A DNA stretch of 64,000 bases from an uncultured delta proteobacterium (GCA_963807225.1 CAWEAD010000005.1:646893-710892); one strand, 5' to 3'; shown: positions 36,750 to 45,986, numbered from the stretch's first letter. The notes: generated from the letters alone by a model not told the origin. Numbers and translations: made by a program.

Positions 36750-36843
36750 TTGGCAGGGTGCCGGAGATACGGGGCATCGGCCTGTGAGCCATACCTGGGT
36801 ATGCGAACAGGTCGATAACGACGTAGATTCGTCACCCTGCCAA
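36750..36843. repeat. Family-C structured repeat, copy 1 (partner at 41908-42004)
   Basis: The closing stem is TTGGCAGGGTG (36750-36760) / CACCCTGCCAA (36833-36843). The core GCCGGAGATACGGGGCATCGGCCTGT...GAACAGGTCGATAACGACGTAGATTCG is about 75 % identical to copy 2. Confidence 0.75.
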
Positions 36844-36851
36844 CGATTACC

Positions 36852-37622
36852 TCAGACATCGCCGTCCCCCAGATAGATCTTGATCACCTCCAGGTTCTGC
36901 TGGATGGCGGTGGGTACGTCCTCGGCGATCTTCTGGCCGAAGCTCAAAACCACGATCTCATCGGAGATATCCATGACCAGAGACATATCATGCTCAACCA
37001 GCAGCACGGTGATGCCCAATGCGCGGATTTTGCTGATCAACCTGGCCACCTCGGCGGTTTCGTGCATGTTGAGGCCAGCGGCCGGTTCGTCCAGCAGCAG
37101 CAAACTGGGCTCGGCCGCCAGGGCTCGGGCGAACTCCACCGCCCGCTGCTGACCGAAGGCCAGGCTGACGGCCTCCATCTCGGCCAACTCGGCGATTTCC
37201 AGCAATTCCAGCAACTCCAGGGATTTCTCCCGGATTTCCCGTTCCTCTTTCCAGGTCCGGGGCAGATTCAGCATCCCGGCCGCGAATCCGGCCCGGCTTC
37301 GGCAGTGCCGCCCGATCATCACATTTTCCAGGGCGCTCATCCCGGGAAAGAGTTTGATATTCTGGTAGGTCCGCGCCAGTCCGGCTGTGGCGATCTGCCA
37401 GGGCTGGCGGCCTTGAATCTCGCGCCCCCGAAAAACGACCTGGCCGGAATCGGCCGGCAACGCCCCGGAAATCAGGTTGAACAGCGTGGTCTTGCCGGCG
37501 CCGTTGGGTCCGATTACCGCCTTGATCCGGTTCTCTTCGACCGCGAAGCTGACCTCGCTGACCGCCTTCAAACCACCAAAACGGCGATTCAGGTTCTTTA
37601 CCTCCAGGATCGGTGCCATCAT
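36852..37622 (-). CDS. livG: Branched-chain amino-acid ABC transporter ATP-binding protein LivG
   Basis: 256 aa. Contains GPNGAGKTT, LAFGQQRAVEFARAL and LLLDEP. The start overlaps the livM stop. Confidence 0.85.
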   Translation of the reverse strand: MMAPILEVKNLNRRFGGLKAVSEVSFAVEENRIKAVIGPNGAGKTTLFNLISGALPADSGQVVFRGREIQGRQPWQIATAGLARTYQNIKLFPGMSALENVMIGRHCRSRAGFAAGMLNLPRTWKEEREIREKSLELLELLEIAELAEMEAVSLAFGQQRAVEFARALAAEPSLLLLDEPAAGLNMHETAEVARLISKIRALGITVLLVEHDMSLVMDISDEIVVLSFGQKIAEDVPTAIQQNLEVIKIYLGDGDV

Positions 37623-38671
37623 TCGCCTCCCCGCCTTTTTTTCCAGCGCGAGAACAGCTTCAGGCGCAGCAAACCCTCCGGGGCGAAAAGCATAATCACG
37701 ATCAGGATGGCGCCGAAAACCGCGTCGTCATAGCTGCCGAACACTCCACGCAAAGAGAGGAAGTTGAGGATCACCCCCATGGAAAGTGCCCCCCAGAGGC
37801 TGGCCATGCCGCCTACCGCGACGATGGCCACGTAGCGCACCGACTTCATGATCCCGGCCTCGGAAGGGCCGATACCGCCGTTGTAGTGGGTAAGGAAGAC
37901 CCCGGCCAGGGCCGCAATCGCGGCGCTCAACACGAAGATATTAAGCTTGTAGCGGGCGGTGTTGACCCCCATGGCGTTGGCCGCTTCCTCGCTGCCGTGG
38001 ATGGCGCGCAGGGCCCGGCCTACACGGGAGTTAATCAGGTTAATCAGGAGGATCATGCAGATCAGCACCAGCCCCCAGGCAATATAATAGTTGCTGACCC
38101 GGGCTCCGAAACCACCGCTGACCGCAAGCCCGGGCAGCAGGGGAAAGGGTGGCACCGAGGAGATGCCGTCAGCTTCGCCGAAAAGCTGGTTGGCCAGCAC
38201 CACCCGGTAGACGATGGTGCCGAAACCCAGAGTGGCCATGGCCAGGTAATGACCCTTGAGCTTCAAGACCGGTCCGCCGATCAGGAAGGCGATCAATACG
38301 GTGACCGCCACCGCCGCCAGACAGGCGACCCAGGGCTGCACCACCAGGAGCGGCCCGCCGTAAAGATCCTGACCGGCCACCAGGCAGCCGCTCTTGGCCA
38401 GCAGGGCGATCAGGATATGGTCCTGGTAGGGCACCAGGTTATGGGTGGTGAGCAAGGCCGAAAGATAGCCGCCGATGGCGAAGAACCCGGCATGCCCCAG
38501 GGAAATCTGGCCGGCGTAGCCCATCAGCAGGCAGAGACCGATGATCACCAGCGAATAATAGGCGCTCATGGTCAACTGGGTCAGGTAATAGGTGGTATGG
38601 GTCCAGCTGGTGGCCAGCTGCACCAGAACCACCAGGACCAGCAGAAATATAAGGGGCAGATAGCGCTTCAT
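37619..38671 (-). CDS. livM: Branched-chain amino-acid ABC transporter permease LivM
   Basis: Polytopic permease. ATG 38671 (MKRYLPLIFLL...) is preferred over GTG 38686. Confidence 0.85.
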   Translation of the reverse strand: MKRYLPLIFLLVLVVLVQLATSWTHTTYYLTQLTMSAYYSLVIIGLCLLMGYAGQISLGHAGFFAIGGYLSALLTTHNLVPYQDHILIALLAKSGCLVAGQDLYGGPLLVVQPWVACLAAVAVTVLIAFLIGGPVLKLKGHYLAMATLGFGTIVYRVVLANQLFGEADGISSVPPFPLLPGLAVSGGFGARVSNYYIAWGLVLICMILLINLINSRVGRALRAIHGSEEAANAMGVNTARYKLNIFVLSAAIAALAGVFLTHYNGGIGPSEAGIMKSVRYVAIVAVGGMASLWGALSMGVILNFLSLRGVFGSYDDAVFGAILIVIMLFAPEGLLRLKLFSRWKKRRGGE

Positions 38672-38698
38672 CGGAAACAAATCCACCTTTCAACTATC

Positions 38699-38809
38699 GA
38701 TGAAACGTCCGGCAGGGCCGCAGATGCGGGCAAGCAGGCTGGCGAGCCATAGTAAACTATGCGAGCCAGCCTGATCGCGCGCAGATGTGGTGCTGCCGGA
38801 CGTTTCATC
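38699..38809. repeat. Family-D 111-bp palindromic repeat, copy 1 (partner at 41681-41788)
   Basis: The terminal arms GATGAAACGTCCGGCAG / CTGCCGGACGTTTCATC form a 17-bp perfect inverted repeat. The reverse complement aligns along its whole length with 41681-41788. It overlaps the livH stop codon. Confidence 0.8.
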
Positions 38810-39698
38810 AAAATTCCTTGAGACCGGCCGCATCCTTGCGGCCGAACAGACCGTGGGGGCGAACGAAGAGAATGAGCAAGAGGATGGCGATGGCGATCGC
38901 GTCTTTATAGGCCAGGGGCATCAGGCTGATGCTGAAGGCCTCGATCAAGCCCAGCAGCAATCCGGCCGCCACCGCCGCCATGCTGTTGCCCAGACCGCCC
39001 ATGATCGCCACGGTGAAGCCCTTGATGGCCAGTTCCGGCCCGGCGTCGTAGGAGGTATAGGTGATCGGCGACATCACGCAGCCGGCCAGGGCGCCGATCC
39101 CGGCCGAAAGCATAAAGGACAGAGTCACCATATTGCGGGTGTTGATGCCGCAGAGGGTGGCGGCCTTGCGATTGGCCGAGCAGGCCTGCATCTTCTGGCC
39201 GGTCAGGGTATAGCGGAAGAAGAGGCTCAACAGGATCACCATCACCGTGCAGACCCCCATGACCCAGAGGACCTGAGGCGAGATCCGCGCCCCGAAAATG
39301 GCAACGGCGGATATTTCGTTGCCGACGAAATAGGGCAGAGCCCGCACCGATTCCCCCCAGATATGCAGGGCCGCCTCGCGGCTTAAAATCGAGATGCCGA
39401 TGGTGATGATGATCAACCGCAGGACCGACGGCTTATCGAGCCAGCGGATGAAGACGATCTCGATCAAGGCTCCGACGATCATGGTAATCACCACCGCCAG
39501 ACCGATGGCCAGGGGCAGGGGCATCAGCTTCTGCAGGGAGATGGCGATCATCCCGCCCAGCATCACGAACTCGCCCTGGGCGAAATTGATGATGCCGGTG
39601 GTGTTGTAAATGATGTTGAAACCGATGGCGACGATGGCGTAAATAATGCCATAGGTCAGCCCGGCAAAGAGGTATTGGAGAAAGAGTTCGGGGGACAT
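38808..39698 (-). CDS. livH: Branched-chain amino-acid ABC transporter permease LivH
   Basis: 296 aa. Begins MSPELFLQYLFAGLTYGIIYAIVAIGFNIIYNTTGIINFAQGEF, a typical LivH N-terminus. Confidence 0.88.
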   Translation of the reverse strand: MSPELFLQYLFAGLTYGIIYAIVAIGFNIIYNTTGIINFAQGEFVMLGGMIAISLQKLMPLPLAIGLAVVITMIVGALIEIVFIRWLDKPSVLRLIIITIGISILSREAALHIWGESVRALPYFVGNEISAVAIFGARISPQVLWVMGVCTVMVILLSLFFRYTLTGQKMQACSANRKAATLCGINTRNMVTLSFMLSAGIGALAGCVMSPITYTSYDAGPELAIKGFTVAIMGGLGNSMAAVAAGLLLGLIEAFSISLMPLAYKDAIAIAILLLILFVRPHGLFGRKDAAGLKEF

Positions 39699-39707
39699 GA
39701 AAAAGTG

Positions 39708-39763
39708 AGTGCCTAAAGTTATAAGTGCCTGAAGTGCTTAAAGTTTTAGGCACTTCAGGCACT
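39708..39763. repeat. Family-G 'empty' hairpin: AGTGCCT units in direct then inverted orientation with no cargo
   Basis: AGTGCCT lies at 39708 and 39724, AGTGCTT at 39733, and AGGCACT at 39748 and 39757. The 15-bp stem is AAGTGCCTGAAGTGC / GCACTTCAGGCACTT. Confidence 0.75.
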
Positions 39764-39833
39764 TGACCGAAAAGACCGCCGCCGGGCCAACTGGCACCGA
39801 CGGCGGCGATCACTTCAAAGTGTATCCCAATCC

Positions 39834-40982
39834 TTACTTCTTATAGGGCACGAACTTGCCGTCCTTGACGGTCCACATGGCAAAGGCGTCGATGTCGAGG
39901 CCGTTGTGGTCGGTGGGAGAGAAGTTGAAAATCCCGCCGGTGCCCGGGAAATTTTTCAGGTTCTCGATGTCGTCACGCACCTTTTCTCGGTCCGGGCCCA
40001 CGTCCTGGATACCCCGGCAGAGGATTTTGAAGGCGTCATAGGCATGACCGCCGAAGGTGGAAACCGGCTCTTTGTACTTGGCCTCGTATTCAGCCTTGTA
40101 ACTCACCAGTAAAGCTTTCTGGGGGTTGGTGTCAGCCAACAGCTCCGGGGCCAGGAGCCGGCCGGCCGGGAAGATGATGCCCTCGGAGGCAGCGCCGCTG
40201 GCCTCGGCGTATTTGATGTTGCCGTAGCCGTGGCTCTGGAAGAGCGGCACTTTCCAACCGGCCTGCCGCATGTTCTTGGCCAGGATGCCCTGGGCCGGGA
40301 CGATGGACCAGTTGACCACCGCCTGGATCTCCTTGTTGGCCATGAGCTTGGCAACCACGGCGGAGAGATCGGTCTCTTTCTTGTCATAGACCTCGGAGGC
40401 CAGGATCTCGATGCCGAACTCGGGGGCGATGGCTTCCAACTGACCCTTGCCGGCGTTGCCGAAACCGGTGTTGCCGGAGAGTACGGCAATCTTGGTGATC
40501 CCCAAATCCTTCATGGCCCCGTAAATCTTCTTGACCGCGTCGGAATCCTTCTGGGGGGTCTTGAAGACGTATTTGGCCACCGGATTGACGATCACCTCGG
40601 CGGCGGCGCAGGAGAGCAGGATGGTCTTGCCCTCTTCGGCGATGTTCTTGATCTTCATGGTCTCGCCGCTGGTGGAAGGACCGATGATGGCGAATACCTT
40701 ATCTTCCTCGATCAGCTGCTTGGCGAAAGAGATGGCCTTCTCCGGGCTGCCGCCGGAGTCCTTGATGATCAATTCGACCTTGTTGCCATCGACTCCGCCC
40801 TTGGCATTGAGATCGTCGGCCAGCATCTCCAGGGTCCGGGCCTCGGGCCCGCCCAGGAAGGAAGCGCCACCGGTGACCGCCAGGATGGCGCCGACCTTGA
40901 TGGTCTCGGCCAGGGCCGTGGCCGGCAGAATGAAAGCGCCCGCCAACAGGCTTGCCACTACTGCATTCAGAATTTTCTTCAC
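39834..40982 (-). CDS. livK: ABC transporter substrate-binding protein (LivK/LivJ-like, type-1 periplasmic binding fold)
   Basis: I place the start at GTG 40982, 4 nt after AAGGAGGAG, giving MKKILNAVVASLLAGAFILPATALA (signal peptide). The ORF-track start 41066 has no Shine-Dalgarno sequence. Confidence 0.8.
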   Translation of the reverse strand: MKKILNAVVASLLAGAFILPATALAETIKVGAILAVTGGASFLGGPEARTLEMLADDLNAKGGVDGNKVELIIKDSGGSPEKAISFAKQLIEEDKVFAIIGPSTSGETMKIKNIAEEGKTILLSCAAAEVIVNPVAKYVFKTPQKDSDAVKKIYGAMKDLGITKIAVLSGNTGFGNAGKGQLEAIAPEFGIEILASEVYDKKETDLSAVVAKLMANKEIQAVVNWSIVPAQGILAKNMRQAGWKVPLFQSHGYGNIKYAEASGAASEGIIFPAGRLLAPELLADTNPQKALLVSYKAEYEAKYKEPVSTFGGHAYDAFKILCRGIQDVGPDREKVRDDIENLKNFPGTGGIFNFSPTDHNGLDIDAFAMWTVKDGKFVPYKK

Positions 40983-41090
40983 CTTACTCCTCCTTGTCCA
41001 ATATGGTCTTTTAGTATCACCTGCCCCTGATCCAAAGACTATCAGGCTTGTTAATTTCCTGAACATCCTACAGCCTACCGGGCCTCATAA

Positions 41091-41522
41091 TTACATGGCG
41101 TGTACTTCTTCGCCACTCAAAACCTTGATGCCGGCCGCCTGCAGGGCGGTAATCGCCGCATCGGGCTGCTCGAAGCGGAAGAGCATCATGCCCTTCTCCC
41201 CACTCACCTGGGTGAAGGCATACATGTACTCGACATTAAGTCCGGCATGACTCACCGCCTGGAGAATCTTGTCCAGGCCGCCGGGTCGATCCTCGGCCGC
41301 CACCGCCACCAGATCGGTGAGTCCCACGGTGAAGCCTTGTTCTTTCAAAACCCGCTGGGCCTTTTCGGTATCGTCGGCGACGATCCGCAGGATCCCGAAA
41401 TCGGTGGTATCGGCCAGGGACAGCGCCCGGATGTTGATCTTGGCCGCCGCCAGACAATGGCTGATATCGGCCAGCCGCCCCGACTTGTTCTCCAGAAAAA
41501 CCGCAACCTGCTTGACTTTCAT
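41091..41522 (-). CDS. Tandem ACT-domain protein
   Basis: Contains VAVFLENKSGRLADISHCLAAAKINIRALSL plus a second ACT repeat. ATG 41522 lies 7 nt after GGAGG. This is a typical partner of PaaK/IOR clusters. Confidence 0.75.
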   Translation of the reverse strand: MKVKQVAVFLENKSGRLADISHCLAAAKINIRALSLADTTDFGILRIVADDTEKAQRVLKEQGFTVGLTDLVAVAAEDRPGGLDKILQAVSHAGLNVEYMYAFTQVSGEKGMMLFRFEQPDAAITALQAAGIKVLSGEEVHAM

Positions 41523-41680
41523 GACTTCAACCTCCAATCAGAGTTGACGGACTTGCAACCTAAAATATACTTCTCGACTGATGCGGATCTTTCCTCACCA
41601 CTTCTACAAACTTATCTGGTACCAACCGCTGCAGGTTGGGCTAAGCAAAGCGAGAAGCCAAAAATTTTTGCACCCCGGCT

Positions 41681-41788
41681 GTAACCGTCCAGCAGTACCC
41701 CATCTGCGCCCGATCAGTCCGGCTCACATAGATCTACTATAGCTCGCCGTCCTGCTTGCGCACATCTGGGCCACTGCTGAACGGTTAC
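41681..41788. repeat. Family-D palindromic repeat, copy 2
   Basis: The arms are GTAACCGTCCAGCAG / CTGCTGAACGGTTAC. The interior matches the reverse complement of 38699-38809. Confidence 0.8.
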
Positions 41789-41907
41789 ATGGCGGTTACA
41801 TATTTCGCAAATACAGCGGTTAGTTCCTCACAACACCCTGCAAACTAATTCTTACTATCGCCATAACCAGGTTCACCACAATCAGCGCTGCCTCAGAATG
41901 AGCTAGC

Positions 41908-42004
41908 GCTTACAGGGGGCCGGAGATGCGAGGCAGAGGCCTGTTCACTATACTTCCTGTATGTGAACAGGCTGATAACGAAGCAGATTCGGTGGCCTGT
42001 AAGC
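41908..42004. repeat. Family-C structured repeat, copy 2
   Basis: The closing stem is GCTTACAGG (41908-41916) / CCTGTAAGC (41996-42004). The inner stem is CCTGTTCAC / GTGAACAGG. It lies immediately 3' of the paaK2 stop. Confidence 0.75.
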
Positions 42005-42014
42005 GCCTCCGCCA

Positions 42015-43316
42015 TCAAAGCTTGCGGTTGTCGATAACCCGCTTGGCCTTCCCCTCGCTGCGCTGTATGGTCTTGGGCTCGACCAGCTTGATCTTGGCGG
42101 TTATCCCCAGCAGATCCTTGATATCGTTCTTGATCTTCTGACCGAGACCCTCCAGAACCTTGACCTCGTCGGAAAAGACCTCTTCGCTGACTTCGACCTG
42201 GACCTCGATGGAATCGAGCGAACCTTCCCGTTCTACCACGATCTGGTAGTGCGGTTCAACGCCCTCGCATTTCATCAGCACCTCCTCGATCTGGGAGGGG
42301 AAGACATTGACCCCGCGGATGATCAGCATATCGTCGGTACGGCCGGTGACCTTGGGCATCCGGTAGAAGGTCCGCCCGCAGGTGCAGACCTCGGCGATCA
42401 GGTGCGAAATATCCTTGGTCCGATAACGGATGACCGGGAAGGCCTCCTTGGTCAGAGTGGTGAAGACCAGTTCGCCGGCCTCGCCCACCGCCATCGGCTC
42501 GAAGGTGTCGCGGTCGACGATCTCGGGCAGGAAATGATCCTCCATAATATGCAGGCCGTGCTGTTCCTCCACGCACTCGATGGCCACCCCGGGCCCCAGT
42601 ACCTCGCTCAAGCCGTAAATATCGATGGCCTTGATCTGCAGCTTTTTTTCGATCTCCTGACGCATCTGCTCGCTCCAGGGCTCGGCCCCGAAAACCCCGA
42701 CCCGCAGCTTGAGGTCGGCCGGCTTGATCCCCATATCGGCCATGGTATCGGCCAGATTCAGGGCATAGGAAGGGGTCGAGAGCAAAACGGTGGAGCCGAA
42801 ATCCTTCATGATGGTGATCTGGCGCTTGGAGTTGCCGCCGGAGATCGGAATCACCGCGCAGCCGATCTCCTCGGCCCCGTAATGGGCTCCGAGCCCGCCG
42901 GTAAAGAGGCCGTAGCCATAGGCGTTGTGGACGATGTCGCCCCGGGTCACCCCGGCGGCGGAGAGGCTTCGGGCCATCATCTCGGCCCACATCGTGATAT
43001 CGCGCTTGGTATAGCCGACCACGGTGGGCTGGCCGGTGGTGCCGGAGGAGGCGTGGATCCGGACCACTCGCTCCAGGGGTACGGTAAATAAACCGAAGGG
43101 ATAGTTCTTGCGCAGATCTTCCTTGGTGGTGAAGGGCAGCCGCCGGATATCGGCCAGGGTCTTGATATCCCCCGGCGCCACCCCGGCCTCCTGCATCTTC
43201 TGGCGATAGTAGGGCACGGTGGCGTAAACCCGCTCCACCTGTGCCTTGAGCCGCCGGAGCTGGACAACTTCCAGCTCCTCCCGGGGCATGGTCTCCTGTT
43301 TTTCGTTCCAGATCAT
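42015..43316 (-). CDS. paaK: Phenylacetate--CoA ligase family protein (PaaK-type), paralogue 2
   Basis: 433 aa, collinear with 34193-35491 ([38 protein letters not shown]). AAGGAGA precedes the ATG. Confidence 0.85.
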   Translation of the reverse strand: MIWNEKQETMPREELEVVQLRRLKAQVERVYATVPYYRQKMQEAGVAPGDIKTLADIRRLPFTTKEDLRKNYPFGLFTVPLERVVRIHASSGTTGQPTVVGYTKRDITMWAEMMARSLSAAGVTRGDIVHNAYGYGLFTGGLGAHYGAEEIGCAVIPISGGNSKRQITIMKDFGSTVLLSTPSYALNLADTMADMGIKPADLKLRVGVFGAEPWSEQMRQEIEKKLQIKAIDIYGLSEVLGPGVAIECVEEQHGLHIMEDHFLPEIVDRDTFEPMAVGEAGELVFTTLTKEAFPVIRYRTKDISHLIAEVCTCGRTFYRMPKVTGRTDDMLIIRGVNVFPSQIEEVLMKCEGVEPHYQIVVEREGSLDSIEVQVEVSEEVFSDEVKVLEGLGQKIKNDIKDLLGITAKIKLVEPKTIQRSEGKAKRVIDNRKL

Positions 43317-43382
43317 GGCTTCTCCTTCGTAATGAAAGGGTCAAACGCAAGTTCGTTTGATAAGTGCCTTTCGGTACATTCT

Positions 43383-43964
43383 TTATTTCACCGCTTTTCT
43401 GCCCGCCTTGAACACCTTCAAATTAACCTCCAGAAAGCGCTCCGGCACTCGTTTCTCGATGGCGGCCAGGAAGATCTTTTCCGGGATCGGCAGCAGGGTT
43501 GAAAGGGCGCCGACCAGGGCGACGTTGGCCGCCTTGACGTTGCCGGCTTCCCTGGCGATCTCGAAGCCATCCACCGGCAACACCGTCAATCCCCGTTCAG
43601 CCAGCTCTTCCAGAACATTTTCCGGGTAGATCGTCTTGCCGGTGGCCACCGCCGGCGGCATGATCCGCTGGGTATTGACGATCACCTTGCTCTTCTGGTG
43701 CAGATAGGGCAGATAGCGCAAAGACTCCATCATTTCGAAGGCCAGCAGCAGGTCGGCGCTACCCGGTTCGATCAACGGCGAGTAAACCTTGTCGCCGTAG
43801 CGCAGATGCGCCTCCACCGAGCCGCCCCGCTGGGCCATGCCGTGCACCTCGCTCTTCTTGACGTCGAACCCCTGGGCCAACAGGGCCTCGGCGGTCAACT
43901 CGCTGGCCAGCAGAATGCCCTGGCCGCCCACCCCGCAAAAGAGGATATTACCGCTCTTTTTCAT
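43383..43964 (-). CDS. iorB: Indolepyruvate:ferredoxin oxidoreductase subunit beta
   Basis: 193 aa. Begins NILFCGVGGQGILLASELTAEALLAQGFDVKKSEVHGMAQRGGSV. Confidence 0.85.
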   Translation of the reverse strand: MKKSGNILFCGVGGQGILLASELTAEALLAQGFDVKKSEVHGMAQRGGSVEAHLRYGDKVYSPLIEPGSADLLLAFEMMESLRYLPYLHQKSKVIVNTQRIMPPAVATGKTIYPENVLEELAERGLTVLPVDGFEIAREAGNVKAANVALVGALSTLLPIPEKIFLAAIEKRVPERFLEVNLKVFKAGRKAVK

Positions 43965-45781
43965 CGCTTATCCTCCCCGTTGGTGATTGCCTTGAACTTA
44001 CAGAGCGGCAGGCAGAGCCCGCAGCCGACGCAGGCGATCTCGTCGATCTGGGCGTAGCCTTGCTGCTTCTCTTTATAGCCCAATTGCTTGGCCTCGTCCG
44101 GAGTCAGCGGGTGCCAGTGAATGGCCGGACAGCCGATCCGCAGGCAGGCCTGGCAGCCGGTACAGTTTTCGATCACGGTGTGGAGCGGATTCTTGACCCG
44201 TTTCTTCTCCGACGGGATCAGCACGCAGGGGTAACGGGTGATAACCACCGAAGGCTCGTCGCGGGCGATCTCTTCCTTCAGGGCGTCGTAAGTTTCCTTC
44301 AGATTCTGGGGATTGACGGTGCGGACATGCTTGACCCCGATGGCCCGGCAGAGTTCCTCGAAATTGATCGAGTTGGCCGGCTCGCCCATCAGGGTGGCGC
44401 CCGAGGCCGGGTTCTCCTGATGGCCGGTCATGGCGGTGATCCGGTTGTCGAGAATGATCACCGTCGAGTAGTCCTTATTGTAAACGGAGTTGATCAACCC
44501 GGTGATGCCGGAGTGAATAAAGGTGGAGTCGCCCAGCACCGCGACGATCTTGCCCTTGCCCTGGTCGCCCAAAGCCTTGGCCATGCCGTGGGCCACGCCG
44601 ATGCTGGCCCCCATGCAGACACAGGAATCCATGGCGTTGAGCGGCGGCAGGAAACCCAGGGTATAGCAGCCGATATCGCCGGAAACGAAGACCTTGAGCC
44701 GACTCAGGTTATAAAACAGTCCGCGATGTGGACAACCGGCGCACATATTGGGCGGCCGGGGCACCACCGGTACCGGTTCGAACTTGGCCGGGCCGGGCTT
44801 GCCGGTCACCGCCTGGCGCACGATGGCGGAGTTAAGCTCACCGATGGCCGGGATCAATTCCTTGCCGCGACACTTGATCCCCAGGGCCTTGATCTGGGTC
44901 TCCAGGAAGGGATCGAGCTCCTCGACCACGATCACCTCCTTGACCCCATAGGCCAGTTCCTTGATCAGGTTGGCCGGCAGGGGGTTGACCAGCCCGAGCT
45001 TTAACACGGTGGCCTTGGGGAAGGCCTCCTTGACATAGAGATAGGAGGTGCCGGAGGTAATGAAGCCGATCTTGCGGTCGCCCCACTCGATCCGGTTCAG
45101 GTCGAAAGTCTCGGCGAAATCGGCCAGCTTGCTCTGCCTCTCGGCCACCGCCAACCGCCGGGCCCGGGCATTGGCCGGCAGCATCACCAGCTTGGCCGGC
45201 ATCCGCTCGATCCCGGCCTTGACCTGCGATTTTTCAATCTTGCCGGGTTCGACCACGCCCTTGACATGGGCCACCCGGGTGCAGCTCTTGAGCAGCACCG
45301 GGCTATCGAATTGTTCGCTCAACCGGTAGGCCAGCTTCAAAAACTCCTTGGCCTCGGCCGGGTCGGAAGGCTCCAGCATCGGCAGCTTGGCGGCATAGGC
45401 GTAATTTCGGCTGTCCTGCTCGTTCTGGGAACTGTGCATGGTGGGATCGTCGGCGACGATGATCACCAGGCCGCCCCGCACCCCGGTATAGGAAGCGGTG
45501 AACAGCGGATCGGCCGCCACGTTCAAACCGACATGCTTCATGGTGGCCAGGGCTCGCACCCCGGCGAAAGAGGCGCCGATAGCCACCTCCAGCCCCACCT
45601 TCTCATTGGGAGCCCATTCGGTATAGACGTTCTCGTAGGTGGAGAGATTTTCCAGGATTTCGGTGGAAGGGGTTCCGGGATAACCGGAAGCGACCTTGAC
45701 CGAGGCCTCATGCGCCCCCAGGGCCAGGGCCTCGTTACCGGAAAGCCAGAGCTGCTCCGGTTTTGCGCCTTTGCTTGTCAC
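43961..45781 (-). CDS. iorA: Indolepyruvate:ferredoxin oxidoreductase subunit alpha
   Basis: 606 aa. Has the TPP motif GDSTFIHSG and two 4Fe-4S motifs (CTGCQACLRIGCP, CVGCGLCLPLC). The GTG start lies 8 nt after AAGGAG. Confidence 0.88.
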   Translation of the reverse strand: MTSKGAKPEQLWLSGNEALALGAHEASVKVASGYPGTPSTEILENLSTYENVYTEWAPNEKVGLEVAIGASFAGVRALATMKHVGLNVAADPLFTASYTGVRGGLVIIVADDPTMHSSQNEQDSRNYAYAAKLPMLEPSDPAEAKEFLKLAYRLSEQFDSPVLLKSCTRVAHVKGVVEPGKIEKSQVKAGIERMPAKLVMLPANARARRLAVAERQSKLADFAETFDLNRIEWGDRKIGFITSGTSYLYVKEAFPKATVLKLGLVNPLPANLIKELAYGVKEVIVVEELDPFLETQIKALGIKCRGKELIPAIGELNSAIVRQAVTGKPGPAKFEPVPVVPRPPNMCAGCPHRGLFYNLSRLKVFVSGDIGCYTLGFLPPLNAMDSCVCMGASIGVAHGMAKALGDQGKGKIVAVLGDSTFIHSGITGLINSVYNKDYSTVIILDNRITAMTGHQENPASGATLMGEPANSINFEELCRAIGVKHVRTVNPQNLKETYDALKEEIARDEPSVVITRYPCVLIPSEKKRVKNPLHTVIENCTGCQACLRIGCPAIHWHPLTPDEAKQLGYKEKQQGYAQIDEIACVGCGLCLPLCKFKAITNGEDKR

Positions 45782-45986
45782 GGTGACTGCTCCTTAAGGA
45801 AGTATTGCCGGCAGACAAATATAAACGATGGTATTGCTCGGTAACGGGTTTTCTTACCATGTCCAATCGCTTACTTCAAGATTGAAACCCCACCCTGAGT
45901 GCCGGGGGGCTCAAGCCCGAAAGCGCCCACACCATTGTCCTAATTGAGATAAATGACCGCGGCAGATGGATAAGTAAGGAGAAAAC

